NCBI RefSeq assembly: GCF_902713615.1
Contig: NC_052149.1
Location: 229,798,986-229,862,985 of the forward strand
Origin: Scyliorhinus canicula
Taxonomy: Eukaryota
Length of the DNA stretch: 64,000 nt
Direction: 5' to 3'
In this document: positions 11,826-25,330 of the stretch, piece after piece
How positions within the stretch are numbered: the first letter of the stretch is position 1
Layout of the letters: every line of letters begins with the position of its first letter
Program-made: the position numbers and the translations under genes
The notes under the pieces: generated by a model
The model's database searches: none
The model's input: the letters and a program-made list of their open reading frames with translations, nothing else
Told to the model about the DNA's origin: nothing

Positions 11826-12858
11826 TTGTATCAAGGCTTTGAGGTAGCGTTGTATCAGGGCTCTGAGGTAGCGTTGTATCAGGGCTCTGAGGTAGCGTTG
11901 TATCAGGGCTCTGAGGTAGCGTTGTATCAGGGCTCTGAGGTAGCGTTGTATCAGGGCTCTGAGGTAGCGTTGTATCAGGGCTCTGAGGTAGCGTTGTATC
12001 AGGGCTCTGAGGTAGCGTTGGATCAGGGCTCTGAGGTAGCGTTGTATCAGGGCTCTGAGGTAGCGTTGTATCAGGGCTCTGAGGTAGCGTTGTATCAGGG
12101 CTCTGAGGTAGCGTTGTATCAGGGCTCTGAGGTAGCGTTGTATCAGGGCTCTGAGGTAGCGTTGGATCAGGGCTCTGAGGTAGTGTTGTATCAGGGCTCT
12201 GAGGTAGCGTTGTATCAGGGCTCTGAGGTAGCGTTGTATCAGGGCTCTGAGGTAGCGTTGTATCAGGGCTCTGAGGTAGCGTTGTATCAGGGCTCTGAGG
12301 TAGCGTTGTATCAGGGCTCTGAGGTAGCGTTGTATCAGGGCTCTGAGGTAGCGTTGTATCAGGGCTCTGAGGTAGCGTTGTATCAGGGCTCTGAGGTAGC
12401 GTTGTATCAGGGCTCTCAGGTAGTGTTGTATCAGGGCTCTGAGGTAGCATTGTATCAGGGCTCTGAGGTAGCGTTGTATCAGGGCTCTGAGGTAGCGTTG
12501 TATCAGTGCTCTGAGGTAGCGTTGTATCAGGGCTCTGAGGTAGCGTTGTATCAGGGCTCTGAGGTAGCGTTGTATCAGGGCTCTGAGGTAGCGTTGTATC
12601 AGGGCTCTGAGGTAGCGTTGTATCAGGGCTCTGAGGTAGCATTGTATCAGGGCTCTGAGGTAGCGTTGTATCAGGGCTCTGAGGTAGCGTTGTATCAGGG
12701 CTCTGAGGTAGCGTTGTATCAGGGCTCTGAGGTAGCGTTGTATCAGGGCTCTGAGGTAGCGTTGTATCAGGGCTCTGAGGTAGCGTTGTATCAGGGCTCT
12801 GAGGTAGCGTTGTATCAGGGCTCTGAGGTAGCGTTGTATCAGGGCTCTCGGGTAGCGT
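11826..12858. repeat. 24-bp minisatellite (ttgtatcagggctctgaggtagcg), about 43 copies
   Basis: Near-perfect tandem array. Confidence 0.98.
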
Positions 12859-13559
12859 GGCCGACATGGGAAGGAGTGGAGTTTGAGTTTGGCAAGGAGG
12901 AGACAGAAGAAAATGCTGACTGACCTATCCGAAGGCTGAGTCTGGAACTATACTGACCGATCCCGGAGCCTGAAGTCCAGTCAGAGAGTTTCTTGGGAGA
13001 GGAATGGAGGCCCAACCTCTGGAACCATATTTGGCCTTATTCAAAACTGTTCGGGAGAGGGGGGAGCGTGAACCAGATATGACTCTGGCTCGGCTAATGT
13101 ATCGCCACATTTTCCTCAAGAAAATTCGCAGTGAATTTCTAAACCAACCCAGCCAATAATGTTTGAAGCCAAAATATATATATTTTGTCTGTTTGAGGGA
13201 CGTGTGCATTTTCTGACAAAGCCATTGTTTATTGCCCCTCCATAATTGCCCTTGAGAAGGTGGTGGTCACCTTTAACTGGTACAGTCTGTGTGGTGTAGG
13301 TCCATCCATGGTGCAGTTAGGAAGATTTCCACCATTTTGACTGGGTGACAATGAAGGAATGAGAATAGAGTTCCAGGTCAGGATCAGGATAATGTGTAAC
13401 TTGGAGGGAAACTTGCAGGTGGTGGTGTTCCCTAGTGCGCACCGCTCTTGTTCGAGGTGGTAGCAGCCATGGGTTTGGGAGGTGCTGTTGAAGGATCCTT
13501 GGCGAGTTGCTGCATCTTGTAGCTGCTGCAGACTGTGCGTTAGTGGTGGAGGGACTGAA

Positions 13560-16260
13560 TGTTTTTTTTTAAAATATATTTTAAATTGAGTTTTTAACAT
13601 TTTATACGTAAGTCAAACAGCATGGATCAACAACTTCAACAAACCATCCCAACCAAAAAACAAAATACCCCGCAGCAATTATAACTCCTCCTCCTCCGAA
13701 GCTAACAGTGACCAGATCCCTGAACTGCATTAGAACCCGTCAGTCGCTCCCCTCATTGTGAACTTAACCTTGTCGAGATGCGAAAACCCCATTGGGCCAC
13801 CCAGCAGTGCTGTGGCACAATTCTCAGCAGGATCAGCCGCAGAGCCAGCAAGGAGGCAAAATCCACCATCACACCCGCCTTCCATTCCAGCTGGTCTGAC
13901 ACCCCGAATATTGCAACTAATGGGCAGGGCTCCGAATCCACATTTAAAATTGCCGATCTGGTGTTTAGAAAAAAAGATCCCCAAAAACCCACCAACTTGG
14001 GGCAGGACCAGAGCATGTGCGTGTGGTTCACAGACTGCCTCTAGCGCTGCTCATACCTATCCTCAACACCCTCGAAACAAACCACTCATTCTGGCCTTGG
14101 TGGGATGTGTCCTGAAAACCACCTCGAGTTGTATCAAACTTATTTTTTTAAAGGTAAATTTGGAGTACCCAATTCATTTTTTTTTCCAATTAAGGGGTAA
14201 TTTAGTGTAGCCAATTCACCTACCCTGCACATCTTTGGGTTGTGGGGGTGAGGCCCACACAGACACGGGGAGAATGTGCAGAATCCACACAGACAGTGAG
14301 AGCTGTATCAAACTTAACCTGGCACAGAATGATGTAGCATTCACCCTACAGAGGGACTCACTCCACACCTCCTCCTCCAAAATGGGACTCTGCTCCTCCT
14401 CCCACCTAACCTTCACCTTATCCAGCGAGACCTGCTCCAGCACTCCCGGGAAAACGCTTTAGGCAGGAAGCACTGAAACAAGAACAAAAATCTTGGCAGT
14501 ATAATCACCTTAATCACTTACACCCGATCCACCAGACAGAATGAAAGGCTGTTCCACCTCTGCAAATCCACCCTCACCCTATTCGCTAAACTAGTGAATT
14601 TCAGCTTGCGAAGCCGTGACCAGTCCCACGCCACCTGGATCCCCAGATAGCGAAGCTAGCCGCAGCGCAGTGAAAAAGTAGCTCCCCACTTTAGCCCCCC
14701 CCCCCCCCCAATTAAAGGGACCTACCACAAAATACTCACTCTTTCCAAAATTCAACATCTACTTCGAAACTGAACCAAACCTCTCCAATATCCCTATAAT
14801 ATTGCCTACCACTGTCCCCAGGTCCGTTACATTCAACAAGAGATTGTTGGTATACAAAGACATCGCGTGCTCCGCTCTCCCCTCATAATCTTCCCCTCAT
14901 AATCTCACTCCACTTGTCCTGCACCATAAAGGAAATTGCCAATGGCTCAACCGCCAACACGAATAATAGAAATGTAGGAAAACCCTGCCTCATCCTCTGT
15001 ACAACAGCCACACCCACAGCACAAGCCCAAACCCAAACTTTCCCAGAACTGTGAACCAGTAACCCCATTCAAACCTATCTCTGGCACTGGCCCCACCGCT
15101 GGTGCAAGAACCACATTGAGTAACCGCCACACATTAGACAACGGCTTCCTGCTCTGAACAAAGCCTGTCTGGTCCTCACCCACAACCTCCAGAAGACACG
15201 GCTCCAATCTTGACGCCAGAACTTTCGCTAGAAGTTTTGCGTCCGCATTAAGTAGAGAAATTGGTCGATACGACCTGGACTTTGTGGGATCTTTATCCTC
15301 CTTTAGAATGAGGGAGATAGAAGCCAGCCCCAGGAGGGAATCCCGAGCCAGTGAATTACTAAACATCCCCAAAATTAACTGATCCACAAACTTTTTATAA
15401 AATTCTACTGGGAACCCTTCCCAGCATGCATCTTCCCCAAAGCCTTGCGCACCTCCTCCAACCCCAACAGCACCTCCAGCCTTTCCTGCAACTCCCCCTC
15501 CACCTGGGGAATCTCCACCCCCTCCAAATACCCCCAAAACCTCTGTTTGCCATCTAGCGGCGGCTCCGACTTCTAAGCCCCTCGTAGAAGAATCGAAACA
15601 CCCCATTGACCTTTTTATGGGCTGACACCAATCCCCCCCCCCCTTCTTAGCCTCAACTGATGGGCAAAAAGGCGACTAGCCTTCTCCCCTTACCCATATA
15701 CCACCCCCGTTACCCGACACGCCACCCCGGCCCGTGGTCAACAGGTCAAACTGCAATTGCAGCATTTTCCTGCAAGCCCAAAGCACTGACGAGGATCACT
15801 CGCGTACTCCCTATCCACCACCAAAGTCTCATCCACCTTAAAATCAACTGGTATCCAACTCCGGAATAGCAGCCAACAGCTTAAACTTAACATTGTCCCA
15901 ATTCGGATGTACACGTTCACGAACACCACTGCATTCCCCTCCAGTGTACCCGTAACCATCACATAACTTCTCTCTCGGTCCCCCACCACTGGTCCCGCCT
16001 GAAAACAAACCCTCTTACCAATCAAAATTGCCAGACCTCCTTGACCTACTGTTGAACCCTGAATGAAAAACCTGGCTCACCCAGGCTTTCCGCAAACTGG
16101 TCTGGTTTGGCACTGGAAGGTGAGTCTCCTGCAGGAATACCACGTCAGCCCCCAAATCTTTCAAATGGGAAAAAGCCCTTTCCCTCTTCACCTCTCCAAT
16201 CCCTGCACATTCCAGGTGATCAACCTTGTTGGGGGTCTCTCACCCCCTCGAGTCAGCCAT
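13560..16260 (-). mobile_element. Decayed L1-clade LINE ORF2 (EN, RT, C-terminal fragments), with a SINE insert at about 14144-14300
   Basis: ITWNVQGL near 16220; GFPVEFYKKF...SYRPISLLNADAKLLAKVLASRL...DQTGFV; HTHMLWSCPKLVGFW. Multiple frameshifts and deletions. Confidence 0.85.
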
Positions 16261-16334
16261 TAGACCCGTGAGCTAACCTTCCTACTCCCCCCACCCCCCA
16301 CAACCAAACAGCTGGGCCCACTGTGGGGGTCTGA

Positions 16335-17380
16335 ATGTTGAAGGTGGCGGATGGGGTGATGGGCTATGTTGTTCGTGGCAGTAATGAGCATCCTGAGGGT
16401 TGTGGGAGCTGCACTCATCCAGGCAAGCGGAGAGCATTCCATCACACTCCTGACTTGTGCCTTGTGGATGGCGGGAGGGCCTTTGGAAATCAGGAGCTGA
16501 CGTACTCATCACAGAGTTCCGAGCCTCTGAACTGCCTTTGCAGCCAAGTAGTTACATAGCTGTTTAGTTAAGGTTCTGGTGTGAATTATGGGGGATTTGA
16601 CAATGGCAGCGCCAGGGAGAGATCAGTGCCTGGCACTCACTCGTGTGGCACAGCTGCTGCTTGACGCTGATCAGCCCAAGCCGGAATGTTGTCCAGGTCT
16701 TGGTGTTTGCCGGCACAGCCTGCTTCACTATCTCGGGAATTGTGAACTGTACAACGGACATCTCCACTTTGGCCTTGTCATGGAGAGGTGGCCATTGATG
16801 AAGCAGCTGAAGGTGGTTGAGCCGAGGATATTGCCCTGCAGAACTCTGTAATGATATTCTGGGACTGAGAGGATTGGCCTCCAACGACCACAACCACTTT
16901 CCTTTGTGCTATGTACGACTCCAACCAGCGGAGAGTTTTCACCCCCTGATTCCCATTGACTTCAATTTTATTAATGCTCCTTGATGCCACACCAAATGCT
17001 GCCTTGTTGTCAAGGGCAGTCACTCACACTTCACACATGGCATTCAGCTCTCTTGTACTTGTCTGGACGAAGGTTGTAATGAGGTCTGCAGAGGAGTGGC
17101 CCTGACGGAACCCACACTGAGCATCAGTGTGGGGGTTATTGTTGAGTAAATGCCAGCTGATAATTCTTTCAGTGATACCTTCCATCACTTTGCTGGTGAT
17201 TGAGTGTAGACTGATGGAACAGAAATTGGCTGGATCGGACTTGTTCGTTTCTTTAAAAAATGGACAGGACATTCCCAAGCACCATATTGTGGGGTAGATG
17301 TTTGTGCTGTGACTGTACTGAAACAGCTTGGCTAGGAATGCGGCTAGTTATGGAGCACGGGTTTCAGCTGGGATATTGCT
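16335..17380 (-). mobile_element. Decayed CR1-like LINE RT fragment
   Basis: KSDPANFCSISLHSITSKVMEG...QCGFRQGHS; ALDNKAAF; TLRWLESYIAQRK. Confidence 0.75.
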
Positions 17381-17641
17381 ACACCAGAGACTCGAGGACA
17401 CCATCTAGAATGGCACAACAGTGCTCACACGATGGTTAAGGCTGTGTTGTGGAATAAGATATTCATCTGAAATGCTGTTTGTAGGTTGAGTGAAAGATAT
17501 CACAGGTTTATTGGTGAAAAGTGTAGGGACATTCCTGGTGTCTTGGGCAACATTCTTCCCTGAACCATCGTACTAACTCATTCATCTCACTATTTATGCA
17601 AATAGTTTGTGGTTTGTGTTTGTCTTAGAAAGGATGACATA

Positions 17642-18720
17642 TGGCGGCGAGCAGGGGCGGGAAGGGTGGGTGATATGTTCCTGGAAGGGAGCTTCGCGAG
17701 TTTGAGGAGCTTGGAGGAGGAATTTGGGTTGGTAAGGGGAAATGATTTTAGATACCTACAGCTGCGGGACTTTGTTCGTAGACAGGTCCCATCTTTCCCG
17801 CGCCTCCCGCCAATGGGGATCCTAGACAGAATAGTCTCTGGGAGGGACGAAGGGGAGGGTAGAGTCTCGGGTATTTATAAAGTGCTCATGAGGGAGGAAG
17901 GGTCCCAGACAGAGGAACTGAAACTTAAATGGGAGGAGGAGCTAGGCGGGGAAATGGAGGATGGGCTGTGGGCAGAGGCCCTGAGTAGGGTAAACTCGAC
18001 CGCGACATGTGCTAGGCTCGGGCTGATCCAATTTAAGGTCGTTCACCGGGCCCATATGATGGTGGCTCGGATGAGCAAATTTTTCGGGATAGAGGACAAA
18101 TGCGCTAGGTGCGCGGGAGGACCAGCGAACCATGTGCACATGTTTTGGGCATGCCCTGAGCTGAGGGGGTACTGGGAGGGATTTGCGGGGGTCATGTCCC
18201 AGGTGCTAAAAACAAGGGTGGTGATGAGTCCAGGGGTGGCAATTTTTGGGGTTTCGGAAGACCCGGGCGTCCAGGGGGAGAAAGCGGCCGATGTGCTGGC
18301 CTTTGCTTCCCTGATAGCCCAGCGACGAATATTATTGGCGTGGAGGGACTCAAAGCCCCCGAAGACTGAGTGGTGGCTTGCGGACATGTCAAGTTTCCTG
18401 GGGATGGAAAAAATTAAGTTCGCCTTGAGGGGATCTGTGCAGGGGTTCACCCAGAGGTGGCAACCATTTATTGACTTCTTTGCGGGAGAGTGAGCGTCAG
18501 CTGGGGGGAGGGGGGGGGGGGGGTAGAGTAGAGTAGGAGGGAAAATATGGCGGGTAGTACGGGTGGGAGGGGAGCGGGCTTGTGCAATACGGTACGATGG
18601 AAGTATTGAAAGTACGTGGATGTTTGCACATTTTTGCCTTTTTTGCTTCCTTTCTGATGATGTCTGTAACTGTTTATAAAGCCAAAACTACCTCAATAAA
18701 ATTGTTTATTAAAAAAAAAA
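17642..18720 (+). mobile_element. Young 5'-truncated L1-clade LINE (ORF2 C-terminus, 3'UTR, polyA)
   Basis: Uninterrupted ORF with Cys/His motif CARC-x7-H-x4-C. AATAAA and A-tail present. 15-bp TSD agaaaggatgacata (17627-17641 / 18721-18735) at a TT|AGAA site. Confidence 0.93.
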
Positions 18721-18861
18721 AGAAAGGATGACATAGCACATGCTTATGTTGTAATTGTTGGCTGCAGTTTCAAAAACATTTAGTGTGTGAATCATTGCTC
18801 AAGAATGTGCTCCGAAACTATTTTAATCGATGTTTCTTCCTTCAGAATGAGGTTATAAATG

Positions 18862-19255
18862 TGTCATGATATACAGACAGGCACAGACAAGCAGCTAATG
18901 GACACAGAGAACAGGACATGATCAATAAGCAGGCAGGACACTCAGGGGTGAGATTTGACTCTAAAAGACATGAGGCATTCACACTCCGCCTCTTTCCACT
19001 GATGAACATCTAGAGAGTCGGTCAAGGGAGTTGTTACAATCTCACACCTCCACCACGTGGCTAAGAGCTAGTCTGGTTCAGTCAGACAGAGTAGCCACAC
19101 TTAAGTTAGCAGAGAGTCGAACTCACAGAGAACTGTGCTAACTGTGCTATTAGTTCAATAAACCTGATTGAACTAACTTCAAGGTCTGGAGTATCTTTCT
19201 GATCTAAGCTGCATCCAGTTGCAGCCAGTGTTAGACCAGTGTACCTAACGTGACA
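18862..19255 (+). mobile_element. Solo LTR (394 bp)
   Basis: TGTCATG...CGTGACA termini, 5-bp TSD aaatg on both sides, internal AATAAA. Confidence 0.85.
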
Positions 19256-19328
19256 AAATGCAATTACAGTATCTATGTCAATGCTTTCAGTTTCCAATTT
19301 TAATGAGGTGCACCTATCTGGACACCTT

Positions 19329-20887
19329 TTTTTTTAATAAATGTTTTTATTCAGTTTTCATATTTTATATTGAACAAATTACAAATTGTTAGGAGAGAGA
19401 AAAAAAAACAAACACGCAAAAATTAACATACATATTTACAGGTAAGCATCTTCGTAGTAGTAACTGCGCCCCCCCCCCCCCCCCCCCAACATGTTTATTT
19501 AGTTTGGTTTTGGGCCTTAGCTAGCCATCGAACCCTCGTAACGAACCTGTAGCCCCCCCCCCCCCCCCTCCCGCTACCTTCCCCCGACTATTCTTCCTCT
19601 TGTACATTGGCCACAAATAGGTCCCGGAACAGTTGCATGAATGGCTCCCACGTTCTGTGGAAGCCGTCGTCCGACCCTCGGATGGCAAATTTGATTTTCT
19701 CCATTTGGAGAGATTCCGAGAGGTCGGACAGCCAGTCCGCAGCTCTGGGCGGTGCTGCTGACCGCCAGCCAAACAGGATTCTACGGCGGGCGATCAGGGA
19801 GGCAAAGGCAAGGGCGTCCGCCCTCCTCCCCAGGAATAGATCTGGCTGTTCTGAAACCCCGAAGACCGCCACTATCGGGCATGGCTCCACCCTCACTCCC
19901 ACCACTTTGGACATAACCTCGAAGAAGGCTGTCCAGTACTCCACGAGTCTGGGGCAAGACCAGAACATGTGGGCATGGTTGGCCGGGCCTCTTTGGCACC
20001 GTTCACATCTGTCTTCCACCTCCGGGAAGAACCTACTCATACGGGTTCTTGTTAAGTGGGCTCTATGTACCACTTTTAGTTGCGTCAGGCTGAGCCTTGC
20101 GCACGTGGAGGTGGAGTTGACCCTATGCAGTGCTTCGCTCCAGAGTCCCCACCCTATCTCCATCCCCAGGTCGTCCTCCCATTTCCTCCTTGTTGCGTCC
20201 AGTACGGTGTCGTCCCTATCTACCAGTCGGTCATACATGTCACTACAGTTCCCTTTCTCTAGGATACTTGCGTCCAGTAGGTCTTCCAGTAGTGTCTGTC
20301 GTGGCGGTTGTGGGTACGTCCTTGTCTCCTTTCGTAGGAAGTTTTTGAGCTGCAGGTACCGTAGCTCGTTCCCCCCAGCTAGCTGAAATTTCTCTGTCAG
20401 TTCGTCCAGTGTTGCGATCCTGTCGTCCGTGTATAGGTCCCTGACTGTCAGTGTCCCCCCGTCCTGCCTCCACCTTTTGAAGGTGGCGTCGGTCAGTGCT
20501 GGTTTGAACCTATGGTTGTTGCAGATGGGAGCCCTGTTCGACATTTTGGTCAGGCCAAGTTGCTGCCGCAGTTGGTTCCAGGATTGGAGGGTGGCTGTCA
20601 CCACTGGGCTGCTGGAGTGTTTTTTGGGTGGGGATGGGAGTGCTGCCGTGGCGAGGGCCCGAAGGGAGGTTCCCATGCAGGAGGCCTCCTCCGCACGCAC
20701 CCACTCAGCTTCTGGCTCCTGGATCCATCCCCTTACTCGCTCGGCTGTTGCTGCCCAGTGATAGAATTGTAGATTCGGGAGGGCTAACCCTCCCCTGGTT
20801 TTTGTTTTTTGTAAGACCTTCTTTGGGATCCTAGCATTTTTACCCCCCCATACAAACGCCATGATGAGTTTGTCCAGCGCTTTGAAA
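19329..20887 (-). mobile_element. Young 5'-truncated L1-clade LINE, second subfamily
   Basis: 424-aa open frame (GGLALPNL, CERC-x7-H-x4-C, KIKFAIRGS), poly-T at the left end, 13-bp TSD atctggacacctt (19316-19328 / 20888-20900). Confidence 0.93.
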
Positions 20888-21309
20888 ATCTGGACACCTT
20901 CTTGATGTCCACTGTTCTGTGGGTAACATCCCTGCCTCTGGGTCAGAAAACCTTGGGTTGAAGTCCAAACTACAGACTTGACTACATAGCACAGTAGCAG
21001 AGTGGTTATCGTGATAGAGTGGTTAGAGTGATAGATGGAGTGTCCACGCTAAATTGCCCCTTAATGTCCAGAGATGTGCAGGTTAGGATACGGGGATAGG
21101 GCAGAGTGGACGGGGGAGCGGACATGGGTAGATGCTCTTTAGGACGGTCGGTGCAGACTCGATGGGCTGAATGGCCTCCTTGTGTATGGTAGGGATTCTG
21201 TGAACATTCTGTAACCCAGGCTGTAACTTCAGCACAGAACTGAGGCACCATTTTCTGAGACTGTAAACCGAGACCACATCTGCCCTACCAGGTGGACTGC
21301 GAAGATCTA

Positions 21310-21832
21310 GAAGATAGAACGATACAGCGCAGTACAGGCCCTTCGGCCCTCGATGTTGCACCGACATGGGAAGTCAAAAACTAAAGGCCATCTAACCTAC
21401 ACGATGCCATTATCATCCATATGCTTATCCAATAAACTTTTAAATGCCCTCAATGTTGGCGAGTTCACTACTGTTGCAGGTAGGGCATTCCACGGCCTCA
21501 CCACTCTTTGCGTAAAAAACCCATCTCTAACCTCTGTCCTATATCTATTACCCCTCAATTTAAGGCTATGTCCCCTCGTGCTAGCCACCTCCATCCGCGG
21601 GAGTAGGCTCTCACTGTCCACCCTATCTAACCCTCTGATAATTTTGTATGCCTTTAAGTCACCTCTTAACCTTCTTCTCTCTAACGAAAACAACCTCAAG
21701 TCCATCAGCCTTTCCTCAGAAGATTTTCCCTCCATACCAGGCAACATCCTGGTAAATCTCCTCTGCACCCTCTCCAAAGCTTCCACGTCCTTCCTATAAT
21801 GAGGTGACCAGAACTGTACGCAATACTCCAAG
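21310..21832 (-). mobile_element. CR1 LINE 3' end inserted in an older SINE remnant
   Basis: LEYCVQFWSPHYRKDVEALERVQRRFTRM...LFSLERRRLRGDL...FFTQRVVRPWNALP, followed by a CR1-type 3'UTR. Confidence 0.9.
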
Positions 21833-23489
21833 TTTTGAAGAAGAACAGCGGAGTTCTCCCCGGTGTCCTGCTTCGTAATCATCTCTCAATCCCTATCTGA
21901 AACAGATAATCTGATCAGTATCGCATTACTGTGGGACTTTGCTATGCTCTGAATTGATGGTCAGTTACATTACAACGCTTCAGTGGCAGCATCGGAACAT
22001 CCTGAGGTTAAAAAAGGCACTGCGCAAATCTTTCTCCCCGCCTCAGGGTTCGCCCAATCCCGACGAAAGTCAACGAACCCTTGGCTGGGCCGCCGAATCT
22101 CCCACAGTGACAAATTATGCTTGTGAGGTCTCAATATTGCATTGCAATGTACTGTCCAGTTTGGTGTATTGCTTTACAATAACTTGCATTGACACCTTTA
22201 GAGTAGTAATAGAGCTCCAGGTGCTTCAGAGGAGTGGAATCAAACAGAGGAGACGGAGAGATTGAGACAGATAACCGAAACCTTGGTCAAAACGTAGATT
22301 TTAAAGAGTGTCTTCAAGCAGAAGAGTGAGGAAGAAGGTTACTTGCTAACTGAAGCCTGGGACCAGTAACTGCACCATTACCATTGGCCAGGAACACAAA
22401 ATGGGAAGAGCATTGTTTGTGAATTTCTTTACAACAGTAGAGTGGGCTCTGAATGAAGAGTCATGTGAGGATTGGTGACGGCGTTGGGGGAAATGTGCAA
22501 TTTCCCATCAGTGGAACCTGAAAAAGGAAGCTTGATTTCCCTGGAACCAAAAAATGAGAACGACATGAAGTGAATTGAGTGGATTGAGAAAGATGCAGCC
22601 CAGAGTACGCTGGCTGATGTCGGGGTGGGGGTGGGGAGGTGGGGGGTGCTCAAATGAAGACCGGCTTACATTTGTACAGGAGGTTTGACAACCTCAGGAC
22701 ACCCAAGCGCTGTCCAACTAACCTAAAATGTAGTTGCTGTTGTAATTTAAGAAATCTAGCAGCCAATTTGCAGAGAACAAGCTCGTGCAAACAGGAATGC
22801 AATAACTGAGCCTGACGGCGCCGAGGTCACGGGTTCGATCTCGGCTCTGGGTCACTGTCCGTGTTTGCGTGAGTTCCATCCCCACAACCCAAAAGATGTG
22901 CAGGGTAGGTGGATTGGCCTACGCTAAATTGCCCCTTAATTGGAAAAAATGAATTGGGTACGCTAAATTTTTTTAAAAAAGGAATGTAATAATGGAAAGT
23001 TTATTGTTCACCGATGACTGAGGGATAAATATTGGTTGGGACACTGGGGAGAGCTGCCCCTGGTTCGAAAGATCTTTTACAGCCACCTGAGGTGGGCCTT
23101 GGTTTGACAGCCTGTCCGAAAGACGTTACCTCTGGCTGTGCGAAGGGAAAATGGGTTTGGTCAACACCTTTTCAAAATAAACAGAGTATCATGTGATTAA
23201 TGCCCCGGTCAAGTATGCAAATAAACTCCAATTTAAGGAAATCATTTGAGAATCCCAACAAGTGTTAAAACTTAAATGTGAGTTTGGAAGACTGAGAAAA
23301 AAGTGAGTTGGAAGACTGGAAGACTTTACGGGCAGCACGGTAGCACAAGTGGCTAGCACTGTGGCTTCACAGCGCCAGGGTCCCAGGTTCGATTCCCTGC
23401 TGGGTCACTTTCTGTGAGGAGACTACACGTTCTCCCCTTGTCTGCGTGGGTTTCCTCCGGGTGCTCCGGTTTCCTCCCACAGAAATATT

Positions 23490-24312
23490 TGGATTCTCAC
23501 TGTCTTCAGGTGATGTCCCGGAGGATTAGAGAATAGCTAATGTTGTTCCTTTGTTTCAGAAGGGTAGCAAGGATAATCCAGGGAACTACAGGCCGGTGAG
23601 CCTTACATCAGTGGTAGGGAAATTACTGGAGAGAATTTTTCGAGACAGGATCTACTTCCATTTGGAAGCAAATGGGCGTATTAATGAGAGGCAGCACGGT
23701 TTTGTGAAGGGGAGGTCGTATCTCACTAACTTGATAGTTTTTCGAGGAGGTTACAAAGATGATTGATGCAGGTAGGGCAGTGGATGTTGTCTATATGGAC
23801 TTCAGTAAGGCCTTTGACAAGCCCCCTCATGGCAGACTGGCACAAAAAGTGAAGTCACACGGGATCAGAGGTGAGCTTGGCAAGATGGATACAGAACTGG
23901 CTAGGTCATAGAAGGCAGAGAGTAGCAATGGAAGGGTGCTTTTCTAATTGGAGGGCTGTGACTAGTGGTGTTCCGCAGGGATCAGGGCTGGGACCTTTGT
24001 TGTTTGTAGTATATACAAATGATTTGGAGGAAAATGTAACTGGTCTGATTAGTAAGTTTGCGGACGACACAAAGGTTGGTGGAATTGCGGATAGCGATGA
24101 GGACTGTCAGAGGATACAGCAGGATTTAGATCGTTTGGAGACTTGGGCGGCGATATGGCAGATGGAGTTTAATCCAGGCAAATATGAGGTCATGCATTTT
24201 GGAAGGTCTAATACAGGTAGGGAATATACAGTGAATGGTAGAACCCTCAACATTATTGACTGTCAGAGAGATCTAGGTGTACAGGTCCACAGGTCACTGA
24301 AAGGGGCAACAC
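23490..24312 (+). mobile_element. CR1 LINE RT fragment
   Basis: NYRPVSLTSVVGKLLE, QHGF, SGVPQGS, KFADDTK. Frameshifted. Confidence 0.9.
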
Positions 24313-24623
24313 AGAAAATCCACTTCTAAATACAGATTGCCAAACCAGGAATACTCGCTGTAAAGAGATTGTTGGATTAACTGCTTTGAGAAAGAGATCC
24401 TTCAGGGACCAGCTTGCAGATTCTTGCCCATATCAATTACTGTTTAACCTGCCAGCCTTTTCAAAAACTGTTGTTCTGTTCACAGGCAAAATCTTTTTAA
24501 CTAAACTGCTTTGAGAGAAACAGCTGATCTGTTCACATCCCAATCTTTAACTGAACTAAAACTCAACGCCCGACTGCTTCAGCCCATGGCTTCTCTCATC
24601 ATCTTACTAACGTTAAACACAGT

Positions 24624-25330
24624 GGCCCGGATTCTCACTCCCTGGGGACCAAGTCCCCACGCCGGCGAGAAAACTGGCGGCAACCACTCCGACATCAACA
24701 GCCCCCGAAAGTGCGGAATTCTCTGCATTTTCGGGGGCTTGATGGATGCCAGAGGGGTTGCCGCCACTCCAGCCGGTGCCGAAGAGTTTGTGCATGCGCA
24801 AAGGGCCTGCGTGATCTCGTGCATGCGCGGAACGGCTGTTATGATTCCGCGCATGTGCAGACCGGCAGGCGTATTTTGGCACATGCTTGGGGGGTTCTGT
24901 TCTTTGCGCCGGCCATGGCGAAGCCCTACAGGGGCCGGCGTGAAGAAAGAAGTGCCCCACGGAACAAGCCCGCCCGCGGATCAGAAGGAAGGCCCCGATC
25001 ACGGGCCAGGCCACCGTGCCCCTTCCCCCCCCCCCCTGGTGGTCGGATCCACCCGAGGACTGCCCACGCATACTCACCTTCCAGGTCCCGCCCGTGCGTG
25101 AGTTGAGTGATTCACGCCGGTGGGAGTGGCCAAAAATGGATAGCTGCTCTGCCCATCAGGGACTGGAGAATGGCTGGGGATCCGCTGCCAACGGCCCACG
25201 ACTGGCATGGCAGGAATCCCGTCCCCGCCTGATAAACGGCACCAGAGAATACAGCAGCTGGCATCGGGGCGGGATTCGCTCCACCCCCCAGGGATTCTCC
25301 GACCCGGCAGGGGGTTGGAGAATCCCGCTG
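24624..25330. mobile_element. GC-rich MITE, Harbinger-like
   Basis: Imperfect TIRs ggcccggattctc / gagaatcccgctg, 3-bp TSD agt. Confidence 0.7.

Noticed and set aside
11695-12923. Mucin-like (TTLPQSPD)n and (QGSEVALY)n ORFs
   Set aside because: 24-bp repeat artefacts with no signal peptide, splice context or unique domain.
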